DNA of 64,000 nt from Camelus dromedarius (lineage: Eukaryota). Under the pieces are notes generated by a model that was given only the letters and a program-made list of their open reading frames with translations, was not told where the DNA came from and made no database searches. Position 1 is the stretch's first letter. Each line of letters starts with the position of its first letter. The position numbers were made by a program, and so were the translations under genes. The stretch lies in contig NC_087437.1 of NCBI RefSeq assembly GCF_036321535.1, positions 39,000,001 through 39,064,000 of the forward strand, written 5' to 3'. Positions 1-12,035 of this stretch are shown in pieces.

Positions 1-708
1 TTACCCTTTGAAAAATAACTGTGGGCCTTTCAAACAAGTAGTTGTGAGGTCTGGCTCCTTAGGTGAGGGCTGCTTTGTTGATTGACAGCCCACGAGTCTG
101 AGGCTGTCCAAGGAGTCCATCTTAAATCCAGCTGTAAATCACCAGTGGGGCTGAAAACAAGCATAGATTATGTGGTACAAGTATTTAGGTCTGAATTCTA
201 ATATTTATGCCTCACCTAAGCTACAATGTGTTCTGGAGAAGGGTGTCTGGGCTCCCTTCTTGGCCCCATGGCATCACATTCCTCGACGATATTTGTTAGA
301 ATTGTCCAAAAAGATTTTTGTGAGCAGATTTGAAGCATATTTTCTATTGGAATCTGAATGATTTTTAAAAATCTGTAATTGTACTTTTTGTGTCTCTAAG
401 TAGAGGAGCTAACTAAAAAGGTTTGGATCATTAAATAAAAGTGAGTGATACCTTCACTTCCCAGACACCCCTAAAACCTGTGTCACATGTTTTGATATCC
501 AACTTAGTGCTTTATTTACTGAGCACCAGCCCTTAATTTTATTCTTAAGTCATTTTCACTGAAGTTTGCCTCCTCTTGGTAGTGTGGGATTGATAGTACT
601 CCTGCAATACGTTCTTTGAAGACTGGGAATGTACGGTATTTAGAATTTTTTTAGGGTCCAAAATTTTAAAAACTGAAATAGTCTTCAACAACCATTTCCC
701 CAATGCCT

Positions 709-714
<6 letters not shown>

Positions 715-738
<24 letters not shown>
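715..738 (+). repeat. poly(A) mononucleotide run (A24)
   Basis: Uninterrupted A run read directly; no element recognisable immediately 5' of it. Confidence 0.95.
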
Positions 739-740
<2 letters not shown>

Positions 741-744
741 ACTG

Positions 745-1620
745 AGCATGACCTAAACCTAGCTTCTCATCTTCCTGCTGAACTTACTGCTCCCAAGGGC
801 TTCCCTTCTCCTTGATGGTAACAACGTTCGGTGGCTCAGGCCACACATCTGATGCCAGTCTTGACTTCTCTCTTCCTTTTACATCTCATGCCCAATCTTT
901 CAGAAATATCCTTTTGATTCAGTGTTCAAATTAAGTCCGGAACCCATCGCTTTTCTCCACCTCCACTGCTACTACCCTATGTCCAACTCCCATCATCTTT
1001 TGCTTTGATTATTGGAGTGGCCTCCTAACTGGCCCCCTGCTTCCACCTTTGCTCTCCATTCCCTTCTTACAAAGGAGCCAGAGTGATCCTGGTGGAAGCG
1101 TCGCCAGAGCGTGCTACTGCTTTGATCAAACGCTGCGCTGCACGGCTCCCTGCTGCCCCACTGCGGATGAGTCTACGTGGTCTGCCCCCGCCCCCGCCAC
1201 CGTTATCTCTCTGAACTCTCCTCTCCTCTGACTTCTCTTCCCTCTCCCCATTCCAACTGCGCTGGCCTCGTTGCTGTAAGCCAGGCACGTCCCTGCCTCA
1301 GGCTGAGCAGTGGCTCGTGCTCTGTCTCTTAGATACCTGTGTGGTGGGTGCCCCCATATAATGTCTCCTTCCCACAGTGTTGTCAATTATCTTAAAAATT
1401 ACAGTTGTTTTCCGGTTCTCTCCATGCTCCTTGCTTTGCTTAATTTTTTTCTCTAGCACTTGCCGCTGACTATCAGACTGTACAATTTACTTGTTTTATA
1501 TTTTCTGTTGTCACTGACTAGAATGCCAGCTCTATGCAGGCAGGGATTTTTGTTGGTTTTGTTCAGTGTTATATCCTAGCCTGAACAGTGCTGGGCACAT
1601 AGCTTATGCTAAATAATAAT
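745..1620 (+). mobile_element. LINE-2 3' portion (L2a-like)
   Basis: Pyrimidine-rich L2 motifs (ttctccacctccactgctactaccct; cctcctaactgg; gccagagtgatc) ending in the L2 tail cctagc...cagtgctgggcacatag. Confidence 0.85.
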
Positions 1621-1739
1621 CGCTCTCTTTTGTTTACTGCTTACTGTGGATACATTTTCACTTTCATCATTTAACTTATTCTCCTCTGTGCGCCTAGGGC
1701 TATTAGACACAGGAAGAGCTTGGTCTTGACTCATGAGTG

Positions 1740-2030
1740 GACTTCAAACAGATAGAAACAAAAGGCATTCAGGCAGCAGGAAGAGAGTTTGCAAGATGCT
1801 GAGAAGTGAGAGAGAGCAGAGTGTGAAGTTTCAGGGGTGAAGGGCTGTAAGAATGTAGGAAAGGAAATGGGAGAACAACATTCCAAGGTCAACGGCAGAC
1901 AGATTATCAAGTGCTTGTACATCATGCCGGGGAGCCCAGATTTATCTCGTGGGCAGTGGTGAATCAATAAAAGATTACACGAGGGTTGATTTGCTCAGAT
2001 AAGCATTTTGGGAAAGAAAATCACTGCAGT
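1740..2030 (-). mobile_element. LINE-2 fragment
   Basis: Purine-rich antisense L2 pattern (agatttatctcgtgggcagtgg...aaagaaaatcactg). Confidence 0.55.
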
Positions 2031-2953
2031 GTACATTCTTTTGAAAAAATATGAACTCCTCAAATGTATAGACGAAAATAGAGAACACTTTTTTTCTCAC
2101 ATCATAGTTATCATGAAACAGTCCCCTGGAAAGGTTTATAACTTAAATAAATTTGGATCAAAGTTACAGACACAGCTACATTTGCACATCTGAGCACGAA
2201 CAAGGGCTTGTGTGACCTATGTAAAATGAATGCCTTTGGACCCTATCACAGTTTTAGGAATTTTAAGAACTGACGTGATGTTCCTTTGTTGCCATCACAA
2301 CAGGCTCGTTACTACTGCACGTCATTATCATTGAGCGTGCTTTGATATTATTTGCCGCTAAAGGGCAAATGATAACTTTCCTTTTAATTAGCAGCATTTT
2401 CAATTACTTTTCATTCTACATTTATAAAGAAAAACTGACTAAAAGTTTTCAGTATGAAATCCACTTGCTTTGTGAAAACAAAGACTTTTCTTTGTGGCAG
2501 AAAAATTGCCCCTAGAGGAAGAAATTTTATTGTCAGAGGAAGTGTTGGAGGATGGTATTTTAGAGATAGTACAAGGGTTGCTAACAGTGATTGCATTTTT
2601 TTTCCCCAGGTAAGGAGAGCCTCAACCAGGTGGACAGTCTCTGGAAACAGCCACATGTTCAATTAAAATGTTTTAGCAAATTTAGTGAGAGTCGAGTAGT
2701 TTTTCATCTTTATCTCAACTTCCAGCACATCAAAAGAATTTAGCTTTAATTGCCTCTTATAGGAATTAATTTGTATGGAAGCCTATCTCTAAATAGCCAG
2801 AAAGGCCATGCCCAAAAGCCAATCTTCTCTCCACACTTGCAAGTGCCCCAGAGAGATTTGCTCACATGCAAACAGACCCCTATTGGGTTCCTATTAGTAG
2901 AGCTAACAGTAACTTACTTTAAGTTGAGATTTTTAGAAATTCGAATAACTTTT

Positions 2954-3375
2954 TGTCCGTTAAGGTTCTTGGTTCCAAGCAACAGAAACTGGCTGCTTAT
3001 TTTAAGTCCCAAAGGATTTCACTGGAAGGCTAGTGGAGAAAGAGAGGGACACACCAACTGATGGGGAGGGGCAGAGTCTGGGAGAGAAAATTTGCAGAAA
3101 CCAGGGAGCTCTGGGGGGCAGAAACTACAGTCAACAGTGGAAGTCTGGTTTGTGCGTGGTGCAAGCTGCCAGAAGCAAGTGCCTGATAGGCTGCCCAGTA
3201 GCAGGCAATGGAAAGCTCTGCCCTCTTCTTTTTAGAGAAAGGCCACAGTACAAGATAGGTTCTACTGCCAAGACTCTGCCAAATGGACAGTTTCCCTTAA
3301 AGAGAGACCATAGTGTCCATAGGCATTGGGGGCTGGGGTAGGGAGGTTGTATGCTGTCAAAATCACCAGTATATG
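2954..3375 (-). mobile_element. ERVL-MaLR LTR, old MLT1 (L/M/N-like)
   Basis: Begins ttaaggttcttggttccaagcaacagaaac, resembling the reverse complement of an old MLT1 3' end. Confidence 0.65.
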
Positions 3376-3799
3376 CTTTAGGTTTTTCTATTGTTTGTTG
3401 TTTTTCTTTTTTCTTTTTCTTTTTGATATGATGAGGAGTAAGGGTTCTTCCCTTTGTAAATTGGTTTAAAATATCCATATATCAGTATCTATCCATATAG
3501 TATATAGATTTTTTTTTCTTGTGGAAGAGGAGTTGTTGGTTAGAATGGAAAAAGGAAGATTTGATACAGACCAAATTAACTGTCTGCCTATAGTAACTCA
3601 GGAGTATCTGTAGTACTAGATTCAAAATTGTTGTTTTGAATTACACTCAAATTTCCTTTTTTTCCCCTTGACCATCATTCCTGAATTATTAACAAAAAGG
3701 AAACTGGGTACACAAAAAAGTTTTTGTATGTCTTTCTTACTTCAAATCAGATCAGGATCAATGGGAACCACTGATTAAAATTTGGCAGGTGTATGCATA

Positions 3800-4650
3800 C
3801 ACACACACATATGTACATATTTGTGTATTCTGTTTACTATCCTTAACTATGTAGAGTCAGTTGCAGGCCTGATGTCTTTAAACACTTCAGTGGGTTTTTC
3901 TTAAAAACAAATAAGTTCTTTTACATAATCACAGGATAATTATCAAAATCAGGAAATTAAGATGGATACAATACTATAATCTATAGACCTCCTTCAGATT
4001 TCACCAGTTGGCCAGATGTCCTTTATAGCAAAAGGAAATTCAGGTCCTGCGTTCTGTTCTGTTGTTATGTCTCTTTGGCCTTGGTGATATTAATCTGAAA
4101 GAAAATATTTCATTGTATATTAAGATACTAGTACTTTTGAATAATGTAGACTTATTTTGTAGAGTTTCCCTCATTTTGGTTTTGACTGATTTCCTTATGA
4201 ATGGATTTAGGTTGCATGCTTTTGGCAGGAGGATGACAAATTGATGTATTCTCAATGCATCATCTCAGACAGCGCTCGCGGTCAATGCCCATTCCTAGAG
4301 ATTCTTTTGATCACTTGTTTAAGTTGGCGCCTTCACCGCTGTAAAGTTGTTAAGTATTTGGTTTGGAAATATTTTTGAGTGATGGAAATAATCTGTTGCT
4401 TCTCAAACTTACATCTACTGATTTTAGCATCTATTGATAATTAATGCCAAATACTGATTTTTCTAATGTAATTATTTCTTCTACATTTATCAGTTGGACT
4501 TCTGTTGTAAGGAAGAACCTTCGCATTTATTTGTTTATTTGAATATCTAGGGTGCACTAACTAATGTTTATTTAGTATTATAATCTTCTCTCTCATTTAT
4601 TGTGATGTTCAAATTAGCCCAGATTTGCCCATGTTAGCTCTTCTAAAGTG
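3800..4650 (-). mobile_element. LINE-1 3' UTR relic (L1MC4/5-like)
   Basis: acttcagtg...ttacataatcacag...attatcaaaatcaggaaattaa...gatacaatacta resembles the antisense L1MC 3' end. Confidence 0.75.
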
Positions 4651-5419
4651 GCTGTGGTGGTGTTAGTGCCTCCCTGCCTCTCCCGGGTAGGAAGGCGCTG
4701 TGCTTGTAGTCCCCATAGCACAGCACTGTGTATAACATAGATACTTAATAATAACTATATTGAATTTGCCAATAATTTATGCACTGTTTTCTCTAAAATT
4801 CTCAACCTTCACCTTTTGTAAAATTACCTTTTTGTAAAATAAACTTTCTAAGAAACCAATTCAGGAAAATATACAAAACTATGTTGTTATTATTCTCCCA
4901 TGGAGAATGCCATGGATTAAATAACATTTGTATTTTTCCAATTTTATCTACATTTCATTTTTCTCCTTTTTAATAATTTCATTTATATATATTCTATATT
5001 TTACATAAAGTAAGATAATTTGCAAAATTTAGAGTAAGTATGTAAGTGGGTCCCGTGTCTGAAATAACATTTGGACAAAGTGGTTTGTGTGTTACCTGTC
5101 CACTTGCTATCTTAGGGGGTGCGGGGAAATTTGGGGCCAGATGATGACAATAGAATTTTTCTTCTGTGATTAACTTCTGTCCTGCCAGGCATTCCTTTGG
5201 AAATGGTTTATAATCTAATTCCTCACACTCCTTCCAGAGACTGATATTTTCAAAATTAATCATCATTCACCTCTTACTTCTTTTATGAAAAAATTGAAAG
5301 TCACAAAAGAGACAAAATACCAAATACCAAAGTGTTACTCTTGTCTTGTGATATTTTCAAGGAAGCCTTCAACTTAACCCAGACCTAGTGAAATCTCTTG
5401 AGGGGGTAATGTTAACTCG

Positions 5420-5650
5420 TCCAACAGTAACAGAGTGCTTATGTGGCAGGCGTTGTGCCCAGACCTTCATAAGTTACTGTCCATCTTCAAAAGGCTTACA
5501 GTGTAGTTAGAGAGATACATGATCAAAACCGAAAACAAGGCAGTAAGGGCAGTGTCCAAGATATTCTGGACCAAGAGAAAGGTGCTCACTTCACCCAGAG
5601 GCAGCTGGTTAGTGAGGTGCTTTTGAAAATAAGTGCTAATCAATGTGTCC
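5420..5650 (-). mobile_element. LINE-2 3' fragment
   Basis: gagtgcttatgtggcaggcgttgtgc...aggcttacagtgtagtt is a typical antisense L2 tail. Confidence 0.55.
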
Positions 5651-5779
5651 AAGAAAGGAGAGATATTTCTCCATATCTTTTAGAATGATTGAAGTCAAAC
5701 AATAATTTATCCTAAAAGAGACTAATTTATTTGAACAAAAGTTCTGATCATTTTAAATCACAACCAAGAATGTTGTATA

Positions 5780-5910
5780 ACCACTGTTAACCAGTTTGTG
5801 ATCTTGTCTTATCTGAAATATTCGTTCTTGTATAATGAGGTGGCATAATGGTCACCTAAGTGAGTGAAAATAGCAAATGAAACCTATCTAGAAGGTTATA
5901 AAGGCACTTG
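5780..5910 (+). mobile_element. MIR SINE fragment
   Basis: Degenerate MIR core (tttgtgatcttg...tgtataatgagg...ataat). Confidence 0.45.
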
Positions 5911-6004
5911 ATTATTTTTCATATGAAATAATTGGAAGATTATGGATTCTTCATATTGAAGACTTGAAAGATACTGAGGCTGGCTTCTGTGTCTCCCTGA
6001 CGAT

Positions 6005-6160
6005 GTGCAAGGATAAGCTTCAGGAGTGTATGAAATCCTTTAAATTAGAAGCCAATTTTTTTGTGAATTTACATTTATGTATATTTTTCTCTCACAGGGT
6101 CTATAGCTTTTATCAGGTTCTCAGTGGATTCCTCAAATCCCTCTAAATTAAGAGACATTT
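6005..6160. mobile_element. hAT-Charlie-type non-autonomous DNA transposon fragment
   Basis: agggtctatagcttttatcaggttctca...aaattaagagacatt resembles a Charlie/MER terminal region. Confidence 0.55.
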
Positions 6161-7075
6161 GTGGAGTGGTATGTTGAAAGTAGCAGTAGGCTGCAATTAC
6201 AGCACTACACTCGCTGTACTCAATGCAATCTTAGACCAGTAATTTAATCTTTCTAATCTTAATTTTTTTTCCAAAATAAGGGTTTTAATTCAGGTCAAGT
6301 CTCCTCAGTAGATGTATCTCAATGAACACGTGTCTTAAAGAATTTTGCAATCTAGGTGAACACAAGTGAAGATTTTTAACCATTGCAGTGTTGGCCCTCA
6401 CAGTGTATTAAGAAATTTGAATCTTGATTTTCAGTTTCCCCTGAAAAATTCGAAGACTTATGTACTCTTGGCCCACATTACAGCCCAGCAGTCATTTGGA
6501 CCAGGTCAGTGCTAATGTGTTTGGACAGATCTGTGCACCCAAGTCCTCCACAGTCGCCACCATGCTCTATAGTCTTCCACCAGCCCGCTCCACTCCTTTA
6601 TGTGGTTTTCCTGCTACTGGAAGCATTTGATATGGTGTCCTCAGATATACACACTACACTCCCAGCTGGAGGAGGAGAGCGGGTTATAGGGAGGTGACCG
6701 ATATTAGGAAGGCATGCCTCAGTGTGCCTTTACTGAGAGAATTCTGAAGTTTTCTGTTTTCCAATGTAAACCCTGATTATGGAGGAAGATTTGACACTTT
6801 TTACTGAAAAGGGTTCCCTGCTTGGAGTAGATGGTAGAAAGTGAGCATCAACTTGTATTGCTCATCTTGTATGACACTCTTAAGCATTTGCCATCCACTG
6901 ATGTTTTAGGATGTTACGCTATGTCAGGCTTAATAGATCCCAAGTTAGAATAGAGAGAGAGGGTCTGGAAAAGTTGGAGAGGGTATGATAAAACCGCTCA
7001 GGTCCTATTTGTTCACACTGAAGATGGAACCTGAAGAAGTTGTGCATTTTAAATAACTTCATTGACTTCATTGAT

Positions 7076-7251
7076 CAGGGGTCCACGAATATTTTTGTAA
7101 AGGGCCAGAGAGGCAACACTTTTGGCTTTGTAAGCCATACAGGCTCTGTTGCAAGCACCTAAGCCGCCTTAGATTGTGGCTGTGTCCCAATAAAACTTTA
7201 TTTATCAAAACAGGCAGATTTGGCCTGCGGGTTGTAGTTTGCCAACCCCTA
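7076..7251 (+). mobile_element. MER58A (hAT-Charlie MITE)
   Basis: Terminal inverted repeats caggggtc...aaccccta plus internal tgtaaagggccag and ccaataaaactttattta. Confidence 0.85.
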
Positions 7252-7429
7252 GGCTTGGCACTCATTAGAATATGGAGTCGGGTCCTTAAAGGGGTTTAAA
7301 AATCTTGAAGAGTAATCACAAAGATTAAAATAGGGTGCGAATACAGGAGGCATTAGAAAAGGCCCACAGGAAAAGCAACCTGGGACTGCTTAGCTCCATC
7401 AAGAGGAGGCTGTTGGAGGACATAATTTA

Positions 7430-7570
7430 TGTTTGACATAAAAGATAATTTCCTGACAATGAGAGTGGCTACATTTTAGAATGAATTATGAAGGCAGTTT
7501 GCGGACTCTCCCTGAAAGGTTGTAAAAATAGTATGAATTTTCATCTTTCTGAGATGGCTTTCTATAGAAA
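7430..7570 (+). mobile_element. CR1/L3 LINE 3' fragment
   Basis: aagataatttcctgacaatgagag...agaatgaattatgaagg resembles the L3 3' end. Confidence 0.45.
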
Positions 7571-9257
7571 TATGAACAAGGATAATCTGTAGGCACTGGG
7601 AGATGAACGACTTGGAATGTAGAACTCTCTCTGAAAATAAATTGGAACAGGATTGGACAGAAGCAGACCAACAATTCAGAATTCTGATCTTTATATCAGT
7701 ACTTGATGCATTTGTATTCCTAGGTAAGGATTTTTAAAAAAACATAATGCTCCAGGGAACACTGCTGATTAACATATAATAAAACTATTAGTAGTGAGTT
7801 TAATAATTGTGAAATGCTACATAAATTTTAAATATCATATATAATATCTATGTAACAGATTTATCCTTAAGATCTTTTGAAATCCCTCAAATACATTTAC
7901 CTATTCTATTACGTTACCTGTGCAGAAACTTGTGATTTTGTAAAGGGAGAAATCAAGATTATGCATCTGTATTTCATTTACTTGGTCACATTGTGCGTCA
8001 CTAACTTAAGACAGTAATTGCAGCAACTTTAATTGGTTTTGTATTACTTCCTGTCTCACTTATATCAAATAGATTCATTGCAAAATATTCTTATAGCATC
8101 AGAAGGAACTTTGGAGGAAGTCTAGGTCAAACCTTTCATATTTAAGATAGAGAAATTGTAAGTCTATCTTGGGTTTCACTGCACCTGATAAAGAAGTAGA
8201 GTATCAACTATCTTGCTTATTCCACAAGACTTTTTCAGTTTGGCATGTTTTTTGGGCCAAATTTTTTTTTTTATCATAAGACATATGAAATTTAAGTTTC
8301 ATAGATTTACTTAGCCAAAATATTATCATTGTGTGTAACTTGTTTAAGTTTAAATACCCAGTTCTGTTCCAGGACTGTGCTATGGTCCTGGCTGTTGCTG
8401 CTTCTATTTTCTTAATGGGTGTTGTGTATTATGCGAATCTGTGATGTCCATCCCAATAATAAAATAAAAAAGTAAGGCACAGTAGTAAAGACTGCCATCC
8501 CATTTGGTGAATTGAAGATTCTCTGTTTCCTGTTACAGGGGTGTTGGGGAGGAGTAGCTAGGGGGCAGATGTGATGACTATGTTATACATGTTAGATGGT
8601 AAATAAAATTCAATCAAGAGAGAAGACCTCTTCCCTGTGGTAAGGATTAAATTGAGCATAATTGCAAATTGAAATTTTATCTGAGAATGTCTGTGTCTTT
8701 CAGACATTATATAATGAAAAAAGACGGGAGGCATTTCTTTTTTAGTACAGTGCATCATGAAAGAGGTGTGATTAACTTACCAGGGCAGTTACACTCTGTC
8801 ATTCCTTCTGCGTGTGATTCAAGTTGCTCCCTTTAAAACAGTTAGTTAGGGAGGCTTTGACACTTGTTTCAGGGATTCCACATTTAACCAAAAAGTTTTT
8901 GGAATGCTTAAATTGAATTTACCTTACGAATCAGTTGTTAACTGTTTATGTTTTTGTGAGAGGAATCATCAGTTTGTGAGAAAAATCAGCCTCATTAAAT
9001 TAGTCACTACTCCAGTGTGATAAGCAAAAATGTCCTTTTCCAGCTTAATCAGTTGTAGTGAACAGACCTGACCCTGAATGATGCTGTTTCTGAAAGTTAA
9101 TTTCATCTTTATGGGAGTTACTAACATTGATATCAAAGAATGTGTAGTAGCCTCTGAATGCAATTCCGAAAGAGGAGTTCTCCAAGCTCTCAGCTACAGC
9201 AGCATCATAGTTGGAGGACTGATCTCCTTAAGATGAATTCTGTCTGGTCCATATTTA

Positions 9258-9635
9258 CTTTTTAAACCTTTAAGTATAATTTACACGCGGTAAAATGCAC
9301 AGATAGTGAGTATGCAGTTCCATGAGTTGTAAAAACTGCAACACATCTGTGTAACCCACTCCCCCATCAAAATTAACAGTCCCATAACCAAAGGTTTTTT
9401 CTCCCTCCTTTCCATTATTCTCTGAATTGAACCTCCACCAGAACCCAGACAACTACTGTTCTGCTATCTTTCACCATAGCCTTGTTATGCCTGTCCAGAA
9501 CTTCATGTAAATGGCATCATAAAATACGTCTTCTGTCGTGCCTGGCTCTTTCCCTCAGCATAATGTGTTTTGAGGTCCATCCATGATGCTGCATGTATTG
9601 TCAGTTCATTACTTTTTATTGCCAAGTAAGAATGC
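9258..9635 (-). mobile_element. LINE-1 3' end (L1ME/L1MB-like)
   Basis: aagtataatttacac...aaaatgcacag...gaacttcatgtaaatggcatcata...cagcataatg...tccatccatg, antisense L1M 3' end. Confidence 0.85.
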
Positions 9636-9716
9636 TTTTGTTATGACCTCTTGCTTTATGATGTAAGTTAAAACTATACGGGAGGACTGGACTATCTTCT
9701 TAAAAGTTAGAGAATA

Positions 9717-9769
9717 TTTTGACACAACATTGTAAAATGATTATAAATCAATAAAAAAATGTTAAAAAA
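9717..9769 (+). mobile_element. Extremely 5'-truncated young lineage-specific L1 3' end
   Basis: tttgacacaacattgtaaaatgattataaatcaataaa plus A tail, flanked by a perfect 15-bp TSD aaaagttagagaata (9702-9716, 9770-9784) at a TT/AAAA site. Confidence 0.85.
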
Positions 9770-10844
9770 AAAAGTTAGAGAATAAGGTCACATTTAATTA
9801 TTTTCTTCTCCATGTAAACCAATTCTTACTATAGCACATCCTACTACACAGAATATTTCTATATAAACTGTTGAATAATGAACAAATAACTTAATAATGG
9901 ATGAATAAAATTATTCAATCACACTGACAACTAATTGTTCACATATTTTGCCATAAATATTTTTGGAAAAAAATTGTATCAGAGTCTCAGAGTTTTTTTT
10001 TTTTTTTAAGAGTCTTAGGGTTTTGAATTGATACCTATCTAACACTTACTAATTTCATTAAATGCATTCCTATCAGGAGCACACTATATGACAGATAAAA
10101 TACTGTATGAATTTTCTCATGTGTTATATGAAATTACATGTGAAATTTCTAGAAGAAATGAAGCATCAGTAGCTGATCTAAACCTACACACTTGTTTATA
10201 ATTAATGATCACCAGTTTTCCTACAAATCTGTCACTCTATGGGCTGATGGGAAATAAAAAAAAATTGAGAAGGTGCAAGATCTGTTAGAAAGGTGCAGGT
10301 ACTGAGAAAAGTGAGCACCTGTACACCGTTTTTCAAACATTATTTGTCCTAGAGGCTTTCCTTTGCTGCTTGCTGTTGAAAAATGGGCTCCATGGGGTTG
10401 AAGCATCGTGGAGACTTTAATTAAGTTTTAATTAAGTGTTTTCCATGGTTTTGCATAATAAGGAGATAATATCATATCTAATTCCTGCAAAATCTAACAT
10501 GCAGCCGGGTAATCAACACCTGAGGAGTCTCCAAGCATCCACACTGTTCAGTATTTTTCTATTAAGTGTATTTTAAAAGGATGATCTTTACAATGTTTTT
10601 AAATGTGCTTGTTAGAATCAGTGAACTCGGAATCTCTCCAGGGGAGAAGAATTTTAAGTTTTGCTTCAAATTTCGTTGGTTTAGTATATAGCAATTTAAT
10701 GATTTAAAGCCTCTGAAATTAGTGTGTTTCGGTGTTTGCTAATTAAAAAGATCTCACAGATGCACTTTTTTTTTTTTACTTTTAACAGTTTATTGGGGAT
10801 AGAATGTAAGATGTTGCATCACTTTCAAATGTGTGAACATGACA

Positions 10845-10945
10845 GAAGTTGCCTAAACTCTCCCTTGCTCTGTAATTGGGGATAGTGATATATCAAAACA
10901 ATAGGATTGTCGTAAGGCTTACATGAGACATTATCTCATAGTGTT
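10845..10945 (+). mobile_element. MIR SINE fragment
   Basis: ctgtaattggggatagtgat...ataggattgtcgtaaggctt MIR core. Confidence 0.6.
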
Positions 10946-11514
10946 TCATTGTCACATACTGGTTAGAACCCACATTTAGGCGTTATATCCAAATGAAGTT
11001 AGAAGGATAATTGCAAAGATCAACGAACAGTCTTGAGCATTTAGAATATGTCACAGCTTTGTTATTCTTTTTCATTTTTAATATTGTAAGCCTTAGACAA
11101 ATGAAAGTATCCCATGCTTCTCTTGACCTTTGGGAAATTGTAGTTTAAAAAATCTATAATGTGTAATGTAATCCAATTGATCAAACATAACACTGGTTGC
11201 CAGGGGCTGTATTAAGTACCAGGAATACAAAGATGGATAATTCAAGATTCCTCGCTTCCTTTTCTCTCTTCAGCTTTTTTCCTTGCTTCTTTTAGCTTTT
11301 CACTCAATATACATTCTTACTCCTAATTTCAAGAACTACATTTTAACTGTAAATGAATAGGTCAGACTGGACAGTTTCTAAAATCTCTCCTGTGTCTTCA
11401 ATTCTGTGCCTTCTAAACCTGTGCATTGACTGCTAACATGGATCTGTGCAAATACTGAAGCCGACTTTGTTGAGAAATGCAGGGAATTTGAAAATTATTT
11501 TATATCCAAACTAA

Positions 11515-11758
11515 AGAAACTAGGCTTTGGGAGTCAGACAGGCCTAGGGACAAATCTTTACCACTTAGGTAAGCCACCAGATCTTTTTGAATTTATCTCT
11601 GTGGAGGATTCCATAAAACAGGAATCCTATTTATCCTACACATACTACTTACTTTATAAAATGTTATGAAGATAAAATGAGATAATGCATGTGAAGTACT
11701 TAAACAGAGGTGTACAGAATATAATAAACTCAGAATAAATGTTAGTCATTGTTATTAT
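11515..11758 (+). mobile_element. MIR SINE
   Basis: ggctttgggagtcagacaggcct head through aaatgagataatgcatgtgaagtactt...aataaatgttag tail. Confidence 0.8.
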
Positions 11759-11879
11759 GGCCGTGTGAATATAGGTCATTTAATTATCTAGAAAAGTATT
11801 CATAAAAATGGGTTTGTCCTCATTTTACAAGGGAAGTTGGTGGTGATGACAAATTAAATGTATTTTCTGTCTGTTCTGT

Positions 11880-12035
11880 TCAAACTTTGAGATTCTTTGG
11901 TGGCAGAGGAATGTGGTGCAGTAGAAATGTCTTGTATCTGGCATCCTCATTGCTCAGCACAGTACGGAGCACAACAGCTCTACCACGTGTTTGCTGAGTG
12001 AAAGAACAAATGATTGGCTAGAGGAATGAATGAAA
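11880..12035 (+). mobile_element. LINE-2 3' tail
   Basis: ctcagcacagt...gtttgctgagtgaa...gaatgaatgaa L2 terminal repeat. Confidence 0.55.

Noticed and set aside
8780..8829. Minus-strand ~50-nt exon-like segment (EQLESHAEGMTECNCP) with GTAAGT donor
   Set aside because: AAG acceptor with almost no pyrimidine tract, no partner exons and no recognisable peptide
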